A DNA stretch of 64,000 nt from Candidatus Dadabacteria bacterium (GTDB lineage: Bacteria > Desulfobacterota_D > UBA1144 > Nemesobacterales > Nemesobacteraceae). Both the position numbers and the translations under genes were made by a program. The DNA lies in assembly GCA_022822065.1 (NCBI GenBank), contig JAJECI010000009.1, positions 1,340 to 65,339 on the forward strand. Direction: 5' to 3'. Below are positions 9,987-21,722 of the stretch, one piece after another (position 1 is the first letter of the stretch; each line of letters opens with the position of its first letter). Below the pieces are notes generated by a model, which made no database searches, was not told the DNA's origin, and saw only the letters and a list, made by a program, of their open reading frames with translations.

Positions 9987-12167
9987 TTAGCCCAAGTCAT
10001 TCGGCTGGGGGTGTGAGATTTCCGTTAACCTCTCGACCGAGATCACTCCCCCAAGATTCTTAAGCGATTCAATGACTTTTTCAAGTTGCTTGATGTCTTC
10101 CACAGCCACCTCAAACCTCGCGTCTCCCTGTCCAGTCTCATCTTCGCTCACATCGGCACTGACAATGTCCACATTGAGTTCCGAAACCGTACTTGTCAGT
10201 TCGGAGAGTATGCCTTTTCTGTTCTCACACTTCACCGAAAGGCCGATCGGTATCCGTCCCGAATACTCGTCATTCCAGGCAACCTCTATTCTCCTTTCAG
10301 GATCGACTTCGAGCAATTTGGGGCAATTGTAGACATGCACGGTTATCCCCCTGCCTCTGGTTATGAAACCTATGATCTGTTCCCCGGGAACCGGGTTGCA
10401 GCACTTGCCGAACTTTATGAGTATGTTGTCATACCTTCTGACGAGCACGGCGTCTTTGTACTCGTCTTTGGATATCCTGTTCACTATGCTTTTTATTCTT
10501 TCGCTTTTCTCGGCGCCTTCGGCGAATTTCCTGGGATGCATCGCCTTGAGAAGGTCGTTTACCGCGGCATTGCCGAATCCGACCGCCCTGTAAAAATCCT
10601 TTATCCCCGAAAACTGAAGCTTTGCCAGAGGATTGTCGAGCTTCTTCTTCTCAAGCAGGTTGCTCAGTTTGAGCCCTTTCGCCGCAAACTTCCTCTGGGC
10701 TATTGCCTTTCCAATCTGCTCGGCCTTTCGGTTTTCCTCCTGTCTCAGCCAGCTCCTTATCCTGTTTTTGGCCTTTGAGGTGACAACAAAATCAAGCCAC
10801 TGCCTGTTAGGAACCTTGTTCTTGGAAGTCACCACTTCCACCATGTCTCCGGTTTCAAGCTTGTAGTTAAGGGGAACAAGCTTATGGTTGACAAAAGCCT
10901 GGGAGCAGTGGTTGCCTATGTCGGTGTGAATTGAATACGCGAAGTCAACCGGAGTCGCGCCCACGGGAAACTCAAGGAGATCCGCGTTGGGAGTGTAGAC
11001 GTACACGACATCCAGTATGAGCTCCCCTTTTATGGCTTCTATGTACTCAGTTGAGTCTTTTATGTCCTTTAGCTCGACGAGATGACGGAGGTTTGAGTAG
11101 ATCTTGTCGTTCCCGTTCTCAAGCGCATTTCCCTCCTTGTACCTCCAGTGAGCGGCAACCCCGTATTCTGCAATTCGGTGCATCCGCTCAGTTCGTATCT
11201 GGATCTCCATCTGTTCTCCGAAGGGACCTATTACGGCCGTATGAATGGACTGGTAATTGTTGGCCTTCGGAAGGGCTATGTAGTCTTTTATTCTCCCCGG
11301 AATCGGTTTCCACAGGGAATGCACCGCTCCCAGAACCTGATAGCATTCGTTTTCACTCGCGGTAACGATCCGGAAACCCAGTATGTCGTAAATATTGCGC
11401 AGGCTTATATTGCCCTTTTTCATCTTGCTGTAGATGCCGTACAAATGCTTGAATCTCCAGGAGACGTCCCCCTGAATTCCGAATTCCTTCATCTTGGCGT
11501 TAATAAGCGAGACGATTTCAGTCGTGTACTTTTCCCAATCTTTTTTCTTTGTAGACACGGTTTGGCTGATACGCTCGTATTCACCCGGCTCAGAGAACTT
11601 AAACGCCAGGTCCTCAAGCTCAACCGACATCCAGTTCATCCCGAGGCGGTGGGCAAGCGGCGCGTAAATTTCCATCGTTTCAACGGCGATTCTTTTCCGT
11701 TTGTCCTCAGGCAGATACTGAAGAGTCCTCATGTTGTGGAGCCTGTCGGCGAGTTTTATCAGTACAACCCTTATGTCTTCAGCCGTGGCAAGTATCAGCT
11801 TGCGGAAGCTTTCGGCCTGTTTTTCCACATCGGAAACATGTGGAAGGCGGCTTATTTTCGTGGTGGCATCGACGAGAAAAGCTATCTCGCTTCCGAAATT
11901 CCGTTCGATTTCCTCGCGAGTCGCAAGGGTGTCCTCTATCGTGTCGTGAAGAAGTCCGGTAACTATGGAGGGAACGTCAAGCTTCAAGCTCGCGAGTATG
12001 GAAGAAACCTCCAGGGGATGACTCAGGTACGGTTCCCCGGAAACTCTTTTCTGGCCGGAGTGAACCTTGGCCGAATACACGTAGGCCTTTTTTATGGAGT
12101 CAAGATCCTCGTTCCCGACATCCGAGTAGGAAGCAACCTTGTCAATGATGTCATTTAGCCTGATCAC
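9987..12167 (-). CDS. relA: Bifunctional (p)ppGpp synthetase/hydrolase (RelA/SpoT homolog)
   Basis: 726 aa with a GTG start. It has an HD hydrolase domain (HDTIEDT), a RelA/SpoT synthetase core, and TGS and C-terminal ACT-like regions. Confidence 0.9.
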   Translation of the reverse strand: MIRLNDIIDKVASYSDVGNEDLDSIKKAYVYSAKVHSGQKRVSGEPYLSHPLEVSSILASLKLDVPSIVTGLLHDTIEDTLATREEIERNFGSEIAFLVDATTKISRLPHVSDVEKQAESFRKLILATAEDIRVVLIKLADRLHNMRTLQYLPEDKRKRIAVETMEIYAPLAHRLGMNWMSVELEDLAFKFSEPGEYERISQTVSTKKKDWEKYTTEIVSLINAKMKEFGIQGDVSWRFKHLYGIYSKMKKGNISLRNIYDILGFRIVTASENECYQVLGAVHSLWKPIPGRIKDYIALPKANNYQSIHTAVIGPFGEQMEIQIRTERMHRIAEYGVAAHWRYKEGNALENGNDKIYSNLRHLVELKDIKDSTEYIEAIKGELILDVVYVYTPNADLLEFPVGATPVDFAYSIHTDIGNHCSQAFVNHKLVPLNYKLETGDMVEVVTSKNKVPNRQWLDFVVTSKAKNRIRSWLRQEENRKAEQIGKAIAQRKFAAKGLKLSNLLEKKKLDNPLAKLQFSGIKDFYRAVGFGNAAVNDLLKAMHPRKFAEGAEKSERIKSIVNRISKDEYKDAVLVRRYDNILIKFGKCCNPVPGEQIIGFITRGRGITVHVYNCPKLLEVDPERRIEVAWNDEYSGRIPIGLSVKCENRKGILSELTSTVSELNVDIVSADVSEDETGQGDARFEVAVEDIKQLEKVIESLKNLGGVISVERLTEISHPQPNDLG

Positions 12168-12182
12168 AGCAGCGCGAACACC

Positions 12183-12842
12183 TCATTTAAGACCGAATCT
12201 CCTGAGAAAAACGGGGCCGTACACATTTTCCGTCCTCGCGTCCCGAGTAGCGGCAAGCATCCGCCGGCGGGAATCTTCACTATCTCCTTGTCTCTGCGAG
12301 AGGATAACGGCCTCTATTCTCCCAGCCGCAATATCCGCCTCATCATTAATTATAATATAATCATAGCACTTAGAGCAGGCCACCTCCTCCTTGACGATCC
12401 CGAGACGAATGGAGATGTCGCCCTCTTCTTCCGATTTTCTGTCCCTAAGCCTTTGCTCGAGAACCTCGAGAGACGGCGGGACAACAAAGATGAAGACCGC
12501 TTCGTCAAACACACCCCTCAACCTTCTTGCTCCCTGAACATCTATGTCCAGAATGACGTCAACGCCCGCTTCGATCCATTCTTCTATTTCAGCCCTCGGC
12601 GTGCCGTAAAAGTTCCCGTGCACCTCCGCCCACTCGGCAAAGAAACCCCGCTCGATCATGCCCCGGAATTCTTCTCTGGAAACAAACTCGTAGTGTTCTC
12701 CGCGGACCTCTCCCGCGCGCACTGATCTTGTTGTGTAGGAAATGGAGAAACGGAGGTTCCCCACGTTCGACAGAACACGGGTGACAAGTGTTGTTTTCCC
12801 GCTTCCCGACGGACCGGATATCACGAACAACTTCCCGCTCAT
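12183..12842 (-). CDS. gmk: Guanylate kinase
   Basis: P-loop GPSGSGKTT, the SYTTR motif and a typical Gmk core. It carries roughly 30 extra C-terminal residues. Confidence 0.88.
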   Translation of the reverse strand: MSGKLFVISGPSGSGKTTLVTRVLSNVGNLRFSISYTTRSVRAGEVRGEHYEFVSREEFRGMIERGFFAEWAEVHGNFYGTPRAEIEEWIEAGVDVILDIDVQGARRLRGVFDEAVFIFVVPPSLEVLEQRLRDRKSEEEGDISIRLGIVKEEVACSKCYDYIIINDEADIAAGRIEAVILSQRQGDSEDSRRRMLAATRDARTENVYGPVFLRRFGLK

Positions 12843-12926
12843 AATATCAGATTATAAACGCAAAAACCTCGATATTAAAACGGCGTTTGTTGCCTTGCAA
12901 CTTGTGGTTTTCCCGCTGACTCGGAA

Positions 12927-15146
<2,220 letters not shown>

Positions 15147-15286
15147 TTAACACGTCGGGATGTATATTAGCGCATGGAGACGCAGTGAACTCGATACAGG
15201 GCGTGTCCCACGCACTCAGGCAGAAAATATACCACTACCGCTATACAGGCTCAAGTTGATGTATAGATATTAAAACAGGCTTATGT

Positions 15287-15967
15287 CTAGAACATATTTA
15301 ACGCTTCGGGAAAATCGTCGATGATCTCAGAAAAGCTTTCCGTAACCCGGTCGGCAAGCGCAAGTTCGTCGCCGGAACACGAGTTGGTAATCCCGACGCA
15401 TATCATCCCGGCCCTTTTGGCCGCCAGAACGCCGTGGGGAGAATCCTCAAACACAACACACTGCGCGGCCGTTATGGTGCTGTCGTACTCTCTTCTAAGC
15501 CTCTCAAGGCATTTTAGGTAAACCTCGGGGGATGGCTTCGGGTTCTCCGTATCATCGGCTCCTATTACAAAGCCGAAGAACCCGGAAAGCCCCTTGCGCC
15601 TCAGTATGAGGTTAATCTCTTCGGTTAACGCGCCGGAACCTATCGCCACATGAAATTTGCCCCGGATGGCCTCAAGGAACTCGACGACCCCCGGGAAAAT
15701 TCTTATGTCCTCCCCTATCATTTCTTCAAAACGGATGCCTTTTTCCCTTATAAGCCGGGCAATCTCCGGTTCCGTGCACTGCTGTCCGTTATCCTCAAGA
15801 AACCTCCTGAAAAAGCTTTTGTCGTCGCAGGCAAGGTACCGCAGGTAATAGTCGGTGGTCGAGAGCTTTAATCCCAGGGTTTCCACGGTCCTCTGAAAGG
15901 CCCTCAGGTGCAGGGGCTCGCTGTCGACTATAACCCCGTCAAAATCGAATATGACCGCTTTTATCAT
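15287..15967 (-). CDS. HAD-IA family hydrolase (beta-phosphoglucomutase-like)
   Basis: DxD nucleophile motif FDFDGVIVDS, the motif II Ser (IGSGA), and a KP...FEDS motif III/IV region. Confidence 0.75.
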   Translation of the reverse strand: MIKAVIFDFDGVIVDSEPLHLRAFQRTVETLGLKLSTTDYYLRYLACDDKSFFRRFLEDNGQQCTEPEIARLIREKGIRFEEMIGEDIRIFPGVVEFLEAIRGKFHVAIGSGALTEEINLILRRKGLSGFFGFVIGADDTENPKPSPEVYLKCLERLRREYDSTITAAQCVVFEDSPHGVLAAKRAGMICVGITNSCSGDELALADRVTESFSEIIDDFPEALNMF

Positions 15968-16063
15968 TCCGTTTCCCCGATTCGTGAGATATGGTATTTT
16001 ACTGCCGGGAGAGACCTATACAAAGGACCTGTACATAAACACAGGAACGGGAGAAAAAGAAAG

Positions 16064-16399
16064 ATGGATTACTACAACCCCGAGGATCTTAAGAGATTTT
16101 CCGAGGTCGGGGAGTTTAGAGAAGATCTCATGGACAAGTTTTTCGAGTACTATAACTCCGCTACGGGGGAGGAAGGAGCGCTTACAAAAAGGGAAAAAGC
16201 GCTTATAGCCCTGGCCGTGGCTCATACTGAAAAATGTCCTTACTGCATAGACGCGTACACTACGCAGTGCCTTGAGACGGGAGCGGATCCGGAGCAGATG
16301 ACTGAAGCCGTACATGTCGCCGCCTCAATGTCGGCCGGCATAAAGCTCATCCATGCGATCCAGATGCGAAACACGCTGAAAAAGAACCGCGCCCTCTAG
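16064..16399 (+). CDS. AhpD/carboxymuconolactone-decarboxylase-like, peroxidase-like protein (rSAM/ArsS-associated type)
   Basis: I chose the internal ATG at 16064, which is preceded by GGGAG. The product MDYYNPEDLKRF... carries the AhpD-type CxxC (EKCPYC). The longer track ORF (from 15908) overlaps the divergent HAD gene. Confidence 0.7.
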   Translation: MDYYNPEDLKRFSEVGEFREDLMDKFFEYYNSATGEEGALTKREKALIALAVAHTEKCPYCIDAYTTQCLETGADPEQMTEAVHVAASMSAGIKLIHAIQMRNTLKKNRAL

Positions 16400-16462
16400 A
16401 AACACAAACGGGAAGAAAAGCCGCCACGAAACAAGGTAACGGAAGCTCCCGAAGGATACGTC

Positions 16463-17464
16463 ATGGCCCAAGAAAAGACGAAGACAAACAATCATAATTT
16501 TTCCCGCAAACTGATCGACCAGGGTCTCGATATCGATCCTATTACGGTTGAAACCCTGCAGGTAAACATAACAAAGCTTTGCAACCAGACCTGCACTCAC
16601 TGTCACGTGGACGCCTCGCCCTGGAGAAGTGAGCAGATGAGCCTTGAGTCTGTTGAGAGATGTCTTGAGATACTGAGCGAAAACGACTGCATAAAAAATC
16701 TTGACCTCACGGGAGGAGCTCCGGAATTAAACCCCCATTTTGACTACTTCGTAAGAGAAGCCAGAAGTCTCGGCAAACACGTGATGGTAAGACACAACCT
16801 GACCGTTACTCTCGACGGGAACCCCCGGACGGGAGAGGAAAAAACATACATACCGGGGTTTTTCGCCGAAAACCGCGTCGAGGTCATATCCTCGCTTCCA
16901 TATTACAGCAGCTACTTCACGGACAAGCAGAGGGGAAAAGGAGTTTTTGAAAAAAGCATAGAATCCCTGAGAATGCTTAACAGCGAAGGCTACGGGGGCG
17001 GGGAACTAAAACTCAACCTGGTATACAACCCCGTCGGAACCTTTCTTCCCCCGGACCAGGGAAGCCTTGAAGCGGACTTTAAGGCAAAGCTCAAAAAAAA
17101 CTACGGTATAAGGTTCGATAACCTGTACACACTGACCAATATGCCGATTAACAGATTTGAGAAGGAACTGAAAAAACAGAACGCCTACGAGGAATACATC
17201 GAAAAGCTTGTATACGCCTTCAATCCCGAAGCCGTGGACGGCATAATGTGCCGGAATCTCATAAGCGTAAGCCACGACGGAAAAATCTACGACTGCGACT
17301 TTAACCAGATGCTTGATATGCAGTGCCGAAACGGGAACGGGGGGCTGACCATATTCAATTTCGACCTTAATCAAGCGATCAAGAGAAAGATAAGATTCGG
17401 TGTTCACTGTTTCGGATGCACCGCAGGGGCCGGAAGCAGCTGCGGCGGCCAGACGGCATCCTGA
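16463..17464 (+). CDS. Radical SAM / Cys-rich domain protein (ArsS-like)
   Basis: CxxxCxxC cluster CNQTCTHC near the N-terminus and a C-terminal Cys-rich tail HCFGCTAGAGSSCGG. This matches my recollection of the rSAM/selenodomain (ArsS) family, in which the last Cys can be Sec. Confidence 0.75.
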   Translation: MAQEKTKTNNHNFSRKLIDQGLDIDPITVETLQVNITKLCNQTCTHCHVDASPWRSEQMSLESVERCLEILSENDCIKNLDLTGGAPELNPHFDYFVREARSLGKHVMVRHNLTVTLDGNPRTGEEKTYIPGFFAENRVEVISSLPYYSSYFTDKQRGKGVFEKSIESLRMLNSEGYGGGELKLNLVYNPVGTFLPPDQGSLEADFKAKLKKNYGIRFDNLYTLTNMPINRFEKELKKQNAYEEYIEKLVYAFNPEAVDGIMCRNLISVSHDGKIYDCDFNQMLDMQCRNGNGGLTIFNFDLNQAIKRKIRFGVHCFGCTAGAGSSCGGQTAS

Positions 17465-17481
17465 TTCCGAGGCTTTGCGGA

Positions 17482-18195
17482 ATGTCGCAAAAAAACGATA
17501 ACGCCCTGATCGTTTTTCTTAGGTATCCGGAAACGAAAAAAGTAAAGACGCGTCTGGGAAAAGACATAGGGGAGCGGAGGGCCATGGAACTCTACCGTGA
17601 AACGGCAAGTTTCGTCGCCGACTCCTTCTCGGGTCAGGAGAACTGGACGACTTTTCTCTTCTACACTCCCAAGGAAAGAAAAAAAGAGGTTCTTGAGTGG
17701 CTGGGAGATAAAGAAGCCCTTTTCCTCGCGCAGGAGACAGGTTCTCTGGGACAGAGAATGTCCCGCGCGTTTGAAAAATGTTTTTCCCTGGGATTCAGAA
17801 ATGTAGTCATCATAGGCACAGACTGCGTGATGATAACCGAAGAAGATGTGGAAACCGCGTTTTCCCTGCTCTCGGGAGGGGAATTTGAAGCGGTCCTGGG
17901 CCCTGCAACCGACGGAGGATATTATCTCCTCGGGCTATGCAGGGAGACGGACGCGGTCTTTAAGGAAATGCAGTGGAGCAGCGCCCGAGTATTTAAGGAA
18001 ACCGAAAAACGCATGAGGGAAAACGGTCTGCGCCACGCCGTCATGAGAGAGCTTTCGGATATTGACGAGGAAAAAGACATAAGCATAAAGGATATAATGA
18101 CAAGGGACACGGAACTCGCGCGCAGACTGGAGCAAATTCTTTTGAAAGACCAAAAAACCCGTGCTGAGAAGAACGAGGAGAGGAAACCGGCATGA
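17482..18195 (+). CDS. DUF2064 / TIGR04282-like glycosyltransferase-like protein
   Basis: Start trimmed to the ATG at 17482 (MSQKNDNALIVFLRYPETKKVKTRLG...), a typical DUF2064 N-terminus. It follows the rSAM gene by 17 nt. Confidence 0.65.
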   Translation: MSQKNDNALIVFLRYPETKKVKTRLGKDIGERRAMELYRETASFVADSFSGQENWTTFLFYTPKERKKEVLEWLGDKEALFLAQETGSLGQRMSRAFEKCFSLGFRNVVIIGTDCVMITEEDVETAFSLLSGGEFEAVLGPATDGGYYLLGLCRETDAVFKEMQWSSARVFKETEKRMRENGLRHAVMRELSDIDEEKDISIKDIMTRDTELARRLEQILLKDQKTRAEKNEERKPA

Positions 18196-18947
18196 ATTCC
18201 GAAATTCTGGATGTGGGGATAGTTGCTTCTTTTTTCGCCGGAGTGATCGCGTTTCTTTCTCCTTGCATTCTTCCGCTTATGCCGGGCTACCTCTCAGTAG
18301 TCACACGTCTCTCATACGAGGACCTTTCGGACGCCCGGAATCTGCCTAAATTCTCAAGGGTTGTTGTACCGAGCCTCGTCTTCATACTGGGATTCTCAAC
18401 CGTCTTTATCTCTCTCGGCGTATTCTCCTCCCAGCTTGGGGGGATGATCTCAGGCAACAAAACTTTTTTGCTCAGAATAGCCGGAATTTTCATAATCCTT
18501 TTCGGAATATTCGTAATGGAGATCGTGAAGATCCCATTTCTCGAGAGAGAACACAAAATCTCCCTTCCGCGGGAAAAAGGAAATCTCCTCGGAACCTATA
18601 TTCTCGGCCTGGCTTTCGGCTTGGGATGGACTCCATGCGTAGGACCTATTCTCGGGTCCATACTCCTTTACGCAAGCACGGTTGAAGGAACATTAAACGC
18701 AGTGGGACTGCTCGCGGTTTACTCACTCGGAATCGGCATACCGTTCATACTGATCGGTCTCGCGTTTAACAGCGCCATGAGATCTTTTGGAAGCATCAGG
18801 AGATATTACCCTTACTACAAGTACGCGATAGGCTCGGGACTTGTAATAATAGGAATCTTGATGTTTTCAAACGAAATCCACTACCTGAATATCTACGGTC
18901 AGAAAATATTTGACGCAATGGGAATAGATTTCTGGAAAAGGTTTTAG
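18192..18947 (+). CDS. ccdA: Cytochrome c biogenesis / thiol-disulfide transfer membrane protein CcdA (DsbD-core family)
   Basis: Six-TM protein with the two conserved Cys motifs LSPCILPLMPGYL and WTPCVGPILG. Its ATG overlaps the stop of the previous gene (ATGA at 18192-18195). Confidence 0.85.
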   Translation: MNSEILDVGIVASFFAGVIAFLSPCILPLMPGYLSVVTRLSYEDLSDARNLPKFSRVVVPSLVFILGFSTVFISLGVFSSQLGGMISGNKTFLLRIAGIFIILFGIFVMEIVKIPFLEREHKISLPREKGNLLGTYILGLAFGLGWTPCVGPILGSILLYASTVEGTLNAVGLLAVYSLGIGIPFILIGLAFNSAMRSFGSIRRYYPYYKYAIGSGLVIIGILMFSNEIHYLNIYGQKIFDAMGIDFWKRF

Positions 18948-18998
18948 AGCGTAATAATCTCTGAAGGAGCAACTCTGCGGAGTCGCCTGCATTTCGGA

Positions 18999-19829
18999 TT
19001 ACGCATCTCCATAGCTCAGGATTCCGTAGCTGTACACGCCGGCAAGAGCGGCGACGGAATCTACGGCTTCCGGAGCGACCCGTTTTCCGACTTCAAGCAG
19101 TTCCTTCGATTCCTCTACCTTCATGCCATGGCGCTTTTCGAAAACGCTTAGGTCATCAAACCCGGTTACCCAGGTCACGTTGAAAGTTTTCTGAAACATA
19201 TCAGTTGCCCTGACAACCTCAGGGTTTTCGTAGGTCCTGTTAATGATGCTCAACGGATAGTAGTCAAAAGCGATTTTGAACGAGGGAATTCTGGCGCGCA
19301 GACTGTCAAAAAAACTGTGGATCAGCTCAATGGGAAGATACATGCTGTTTCCTTCCCAAAGAAAAAGTATCGGAGAGTTGATGTCAAAGCCCGCCTTGGT
19401 GAGTTCTTCCGGCAGGTCAACTTCAAGATAGTTGCACGGTATGCTTGCGCATGGCGTAACGCCGTGGCTCTCAAGAACCTTGTGCTTGAATTCCAGAATG
19501 GCCGGCTGATCAACATCGCAGAAACGCACTCCCTCGGCCTGAAAAACCAGAGAACGCATGTCAAACCCGCAGCCGAGTATGACAACCTGTTTCATGCCGG
19601 CTTGAATCTCGCGGCTTGTGATTTCATCCAGTATGCAGAAGCGGTAACGGAGAATTTCAACCGATTCCGGAAGAATCTTCGTCACCCGGTCGACCTTTTC
19701 CCTTATCTCGTCCGTAACAAACCAGTGGGCGTACGGGTCGTTGAACACGCGGTGTTCACGGTTCTTTTCCATTTCCCTGTAACAGGCTACGGCAAACGCG
19801 GTTGTTCCAACTTCATTTATGTCCGACAT
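18999..19829 (-). CDS. Class I SAM-dependent methyltransferase (leucine carboxyl / TIGR00027-like O-methyltransferase family)
   Basis: 276 aa with an FNDPYA N-terminal motif and the SAM-binding segment VVILGCGFDMRS, typical of the LCMT/Mycobacterium O-MTase family. Confidence 0.65.
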   Translation of the reverse strand: MSDINEVGTTAFAVACYREMEKNREHRVFNDPYAHWFVTDEIREKVDRVTKILPESVEILRYRFCILDEITSREIQAGMKQVVILGCGFDMRSLVFQAEGVRFCDVDQPAILEFKHKVLESHGVTPCASIPCNYLEVDLPEELTKAGFDINSPILFLWEGNSMYLPIELIHSFFDSLRARIPSFKIAFDYYPLSIINRTYENPEVVRATDMFQKTFNVTWVTGFDDLSVFEKRHGMKVEESKELLEVGKRVAPEAVDSVAALAGVYSYGILSYGDA

Positions 19830-19967
19830 GGCAGTTCCATATAAGATTATGCGGGCTGCGCATTCTACAAAAACGACCTGCAGGATGCGGCGTCCCTGTT
19901 ATCAAGATATGCTCTATTACGGCGTTGACAAGTAAAAGATATTTTCTGGACTTCGCATAAAAACAGC

Positions 19968-20010
19968 AATTATATACTTGATTACCCTCCGTACAATCAA
20001 GTATATAATT
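19968..20010. promoter_or_regulatory. Perfect 16-bp inverted repeat (AATTATATACTTGATT, 11-nt spacer, AATCAAGTATATAATT); candidate operator overlapping a TATAAT-like box
   Basis: Read directly: 19968-19983 is the exact reverse complement of 19995-20010. It lies about 32 nt upstream of the zinc-ribbon gene start, in a divergent intergenic region. Confidence 0.5.
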
Positions 20011-20041
20011 CCATACTTGTTACGGTTAATTGGAGGTAAAA

Positions 20042-20257
20042 ATGCCCGTATACGAATATGAATGCTCTGATTGCGGCGAGGAATTCGAAGTTCTGGTGCT
20101 TGACCCAGACGAAACCATAAAATGTGCGACTTGCGACTCGGAGAACATCGGAAAGCAGTTTTCGACTTTCGGCCTTGGCAGCAGCGATGGGAATCTCGAA
20201 AGTTCCGAGAGCGGGGATTCGGGAAGCTGCCCGCAATCGTCCTGCTCTTGCTGCTGA
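20042..20257 (+). CDS. FmdB-family putative zinc-ribbon regulatory protein
   Basis: MPVYEYECSDCGEEFEV...CATC is the CxxC-N-CxxC zinc ribbon typical of the FmdB/CxxC_CxxC_SSSS family. The start is set at the ATG at 20042, directly after GGAGG. Confidence 0.75.
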   Translation: MPVYEYECSDCGEEFEVLVLDPDETIKCATCDSENIGKQFSTFGLGSSDGNLESSESGDSGSCPQSSCSCC

Positions 20258-20362
20258 TTTCCCAGTGCAATTGCACAAAACTTTTCTCTGTATATAATTA
20301 ACTCTTCATTTTAAAACACCCGATGGAGGATCGGTCAAGAAATGTGCGAAGGCGATAAAAAC

Positions 20363-21631
20363 ATGAAGGAAGCCGCCCTTGAATATCATAGAAGCGGCAG
20401 AAAAGGAAAACTTGAAGTCGTACCGACAAAACCCTGTGACACGGCCTGGGAACTTTCCCTGGCGTACTCTCCCGGAGTCGCTGAGCCCTGCAGGGAAATA
20501 GACAAGGACGAAGATCTCTCTTATGAATACACCAACAGGGGGAATCTGGTCGCGGTAGCTTCAAACGGCACCGCAATCCTGGGACTCGGAAACCTGGGGG
20601 CCCTAGCGGGAAAACCCGTAATGGAAGGAAAGGGGGTGCTTTTCAAGAAGTTCGCGGATGTTGACGCCTACGACATTGAGATAGCCACCGAAGACCCAGA
20701 CGAATTCATAAAGACCGTAAAATACCTCGAGCCCACTTTCGGCGGCATAAACCTCGAAGACATAAAAGCCCCTGAATGCTTCTACATAGAAGACAAGCTT
20801 AAAGAAGAGATGGACATACCCGTCTTTCACGACGACCAGCACGGAACCGCCATAATATCGGGAGCTGGACTCCTTAACGCCTGCGAGATTACGGGGAAGA
20901 AAATGAGCGAGCTCAAAATGGCGTTTAACGGCGCCGGGGCGTCCGCAATTGCCTGCGCAGAGTTTTTCATATCTCTCGGCGCAAAAAGAGAAAACATAAT
21001 AATGTGCGACAGCAGGGGCGTAATTTACGAGGGAAGAAACGCGGGGCTTAATCCCCAGAAAGAAAGGTTCCTTGTCGACACGGACAAAAGAACCATAGGG
21101 GACGCGCTTGTAGGAGCCGATGTTTTCGTCGGACTCTCAAACGGCGGAGCCATCAATCAGCAGGATGTAAAGAACATGGCGAAAAATCCTATAATATTCG
21201 CCATGGCGAATCCCGATCCGGAAATACTCCCCGCCGAAGCGAAGGAAGCCAGAGACGACGTAATAACCGCCACGGGCCGCTCCGACTTCGCAAACCAGGT
21301 GAATAACGTCCTGGGATTCCCCTTTATCTTCAGGGGAGCGCTTGACGTAAGGGCGACAAAAATAAACGACGAGATGAAAGTCGCGGCGGCATACTCCCTC
21401 GCGGCGCTCGCAAAGGAACCCGTGCCGGATAAAGTGGCCAGGGCCTACGGAGACCAGAAATTTGAGTTCGGTCCGGACTACATAGTCCCCAAGCCGTTTG
21501 ATCCCAGGGTTCTGGTATGGGAATCGGCCGCTGTCGCTCAAGCCGCGATGGAAACCGGCGTTTCCAGAATCAATATCGATCTTGATGATTACAAGAAGTC
21601 TCTCGAAGACAAGATAAAAGATCTGCTCTAG
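20363..21631 (+). CDS. NAD(P)-dependent malic enzyme (short form, no PTA domain)
   Basis: N-terminus [24 protein letters not shown]...[13 protein letters not shown] and the GTAI...GAGASA Rossmann region. An alternative upstream ATG is at 20342. Confidence 0.88.
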   Translation: MKEAALEYHRSGRKGKLEVVPTKPCDTAWELSLAYSPGVAEPCREIDKDEDLSYEYTNRGNLVAVASNGTAILGLGNLGALAGKPVMEGKGVLFKKFADVDAYDIEIATEDPDEFIKTVKYLEPTFGGINLEDIKAPECFYIEDKLKEEMDIPVFHDDQHGTAIISGAGLLNACEITGKKMSELKMAFNGAGASAIACAEFFISLGAKRENIIMCDSRGVIYEGRNAGLNPQKERFLVDTDKRTIGDALVGADVFVGLSNGGAINQQDVKNMAKNPIIFAMANPDPEILPAEAKEARDDVITATGRSDFANQVNNVLGFPFIFRGALDVRATKINDEMKVAAAYSLAALAKEPVPDKVARAYGDQKFEFGPDYIVPKPFDPRVLVWESAAVAQAAMETGVSRINIDLDDYKKSLEDKIKDLL

Positions 21632-21722
21632 GAAAAAACCGGCGTTTCGAAGGTTGCCTCAGTCTTCCGGTCATTTGCCTTCCGCCCTGCGGACGGCAAC
21701 ACTCTAGCCTCTATCTGGTCCA

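Noticed and set aside
12183-12275. Absence of rpoZ between gmk and the Rel/SpoT gene, with a roughly 30-aa C-terminal extension on Gmk that faintly resembles the omega N-terminus (DSRRRMLAATRDAR).
   Set aside because: The resemblance is too short and weak. No alternative frame encodes an omega-like protein here, and rpoZ may simply lie elsewhere in the genome.
20265-20276. 12-bp perfect palindrome GTGCAATTGCAC between the zinc-ribbon gene and the malic enzyme gene.
   Set aside because: Spacerless 12-bp palindromes are expected more than ten times by chance in 64 kb, and nothing else supports this one.
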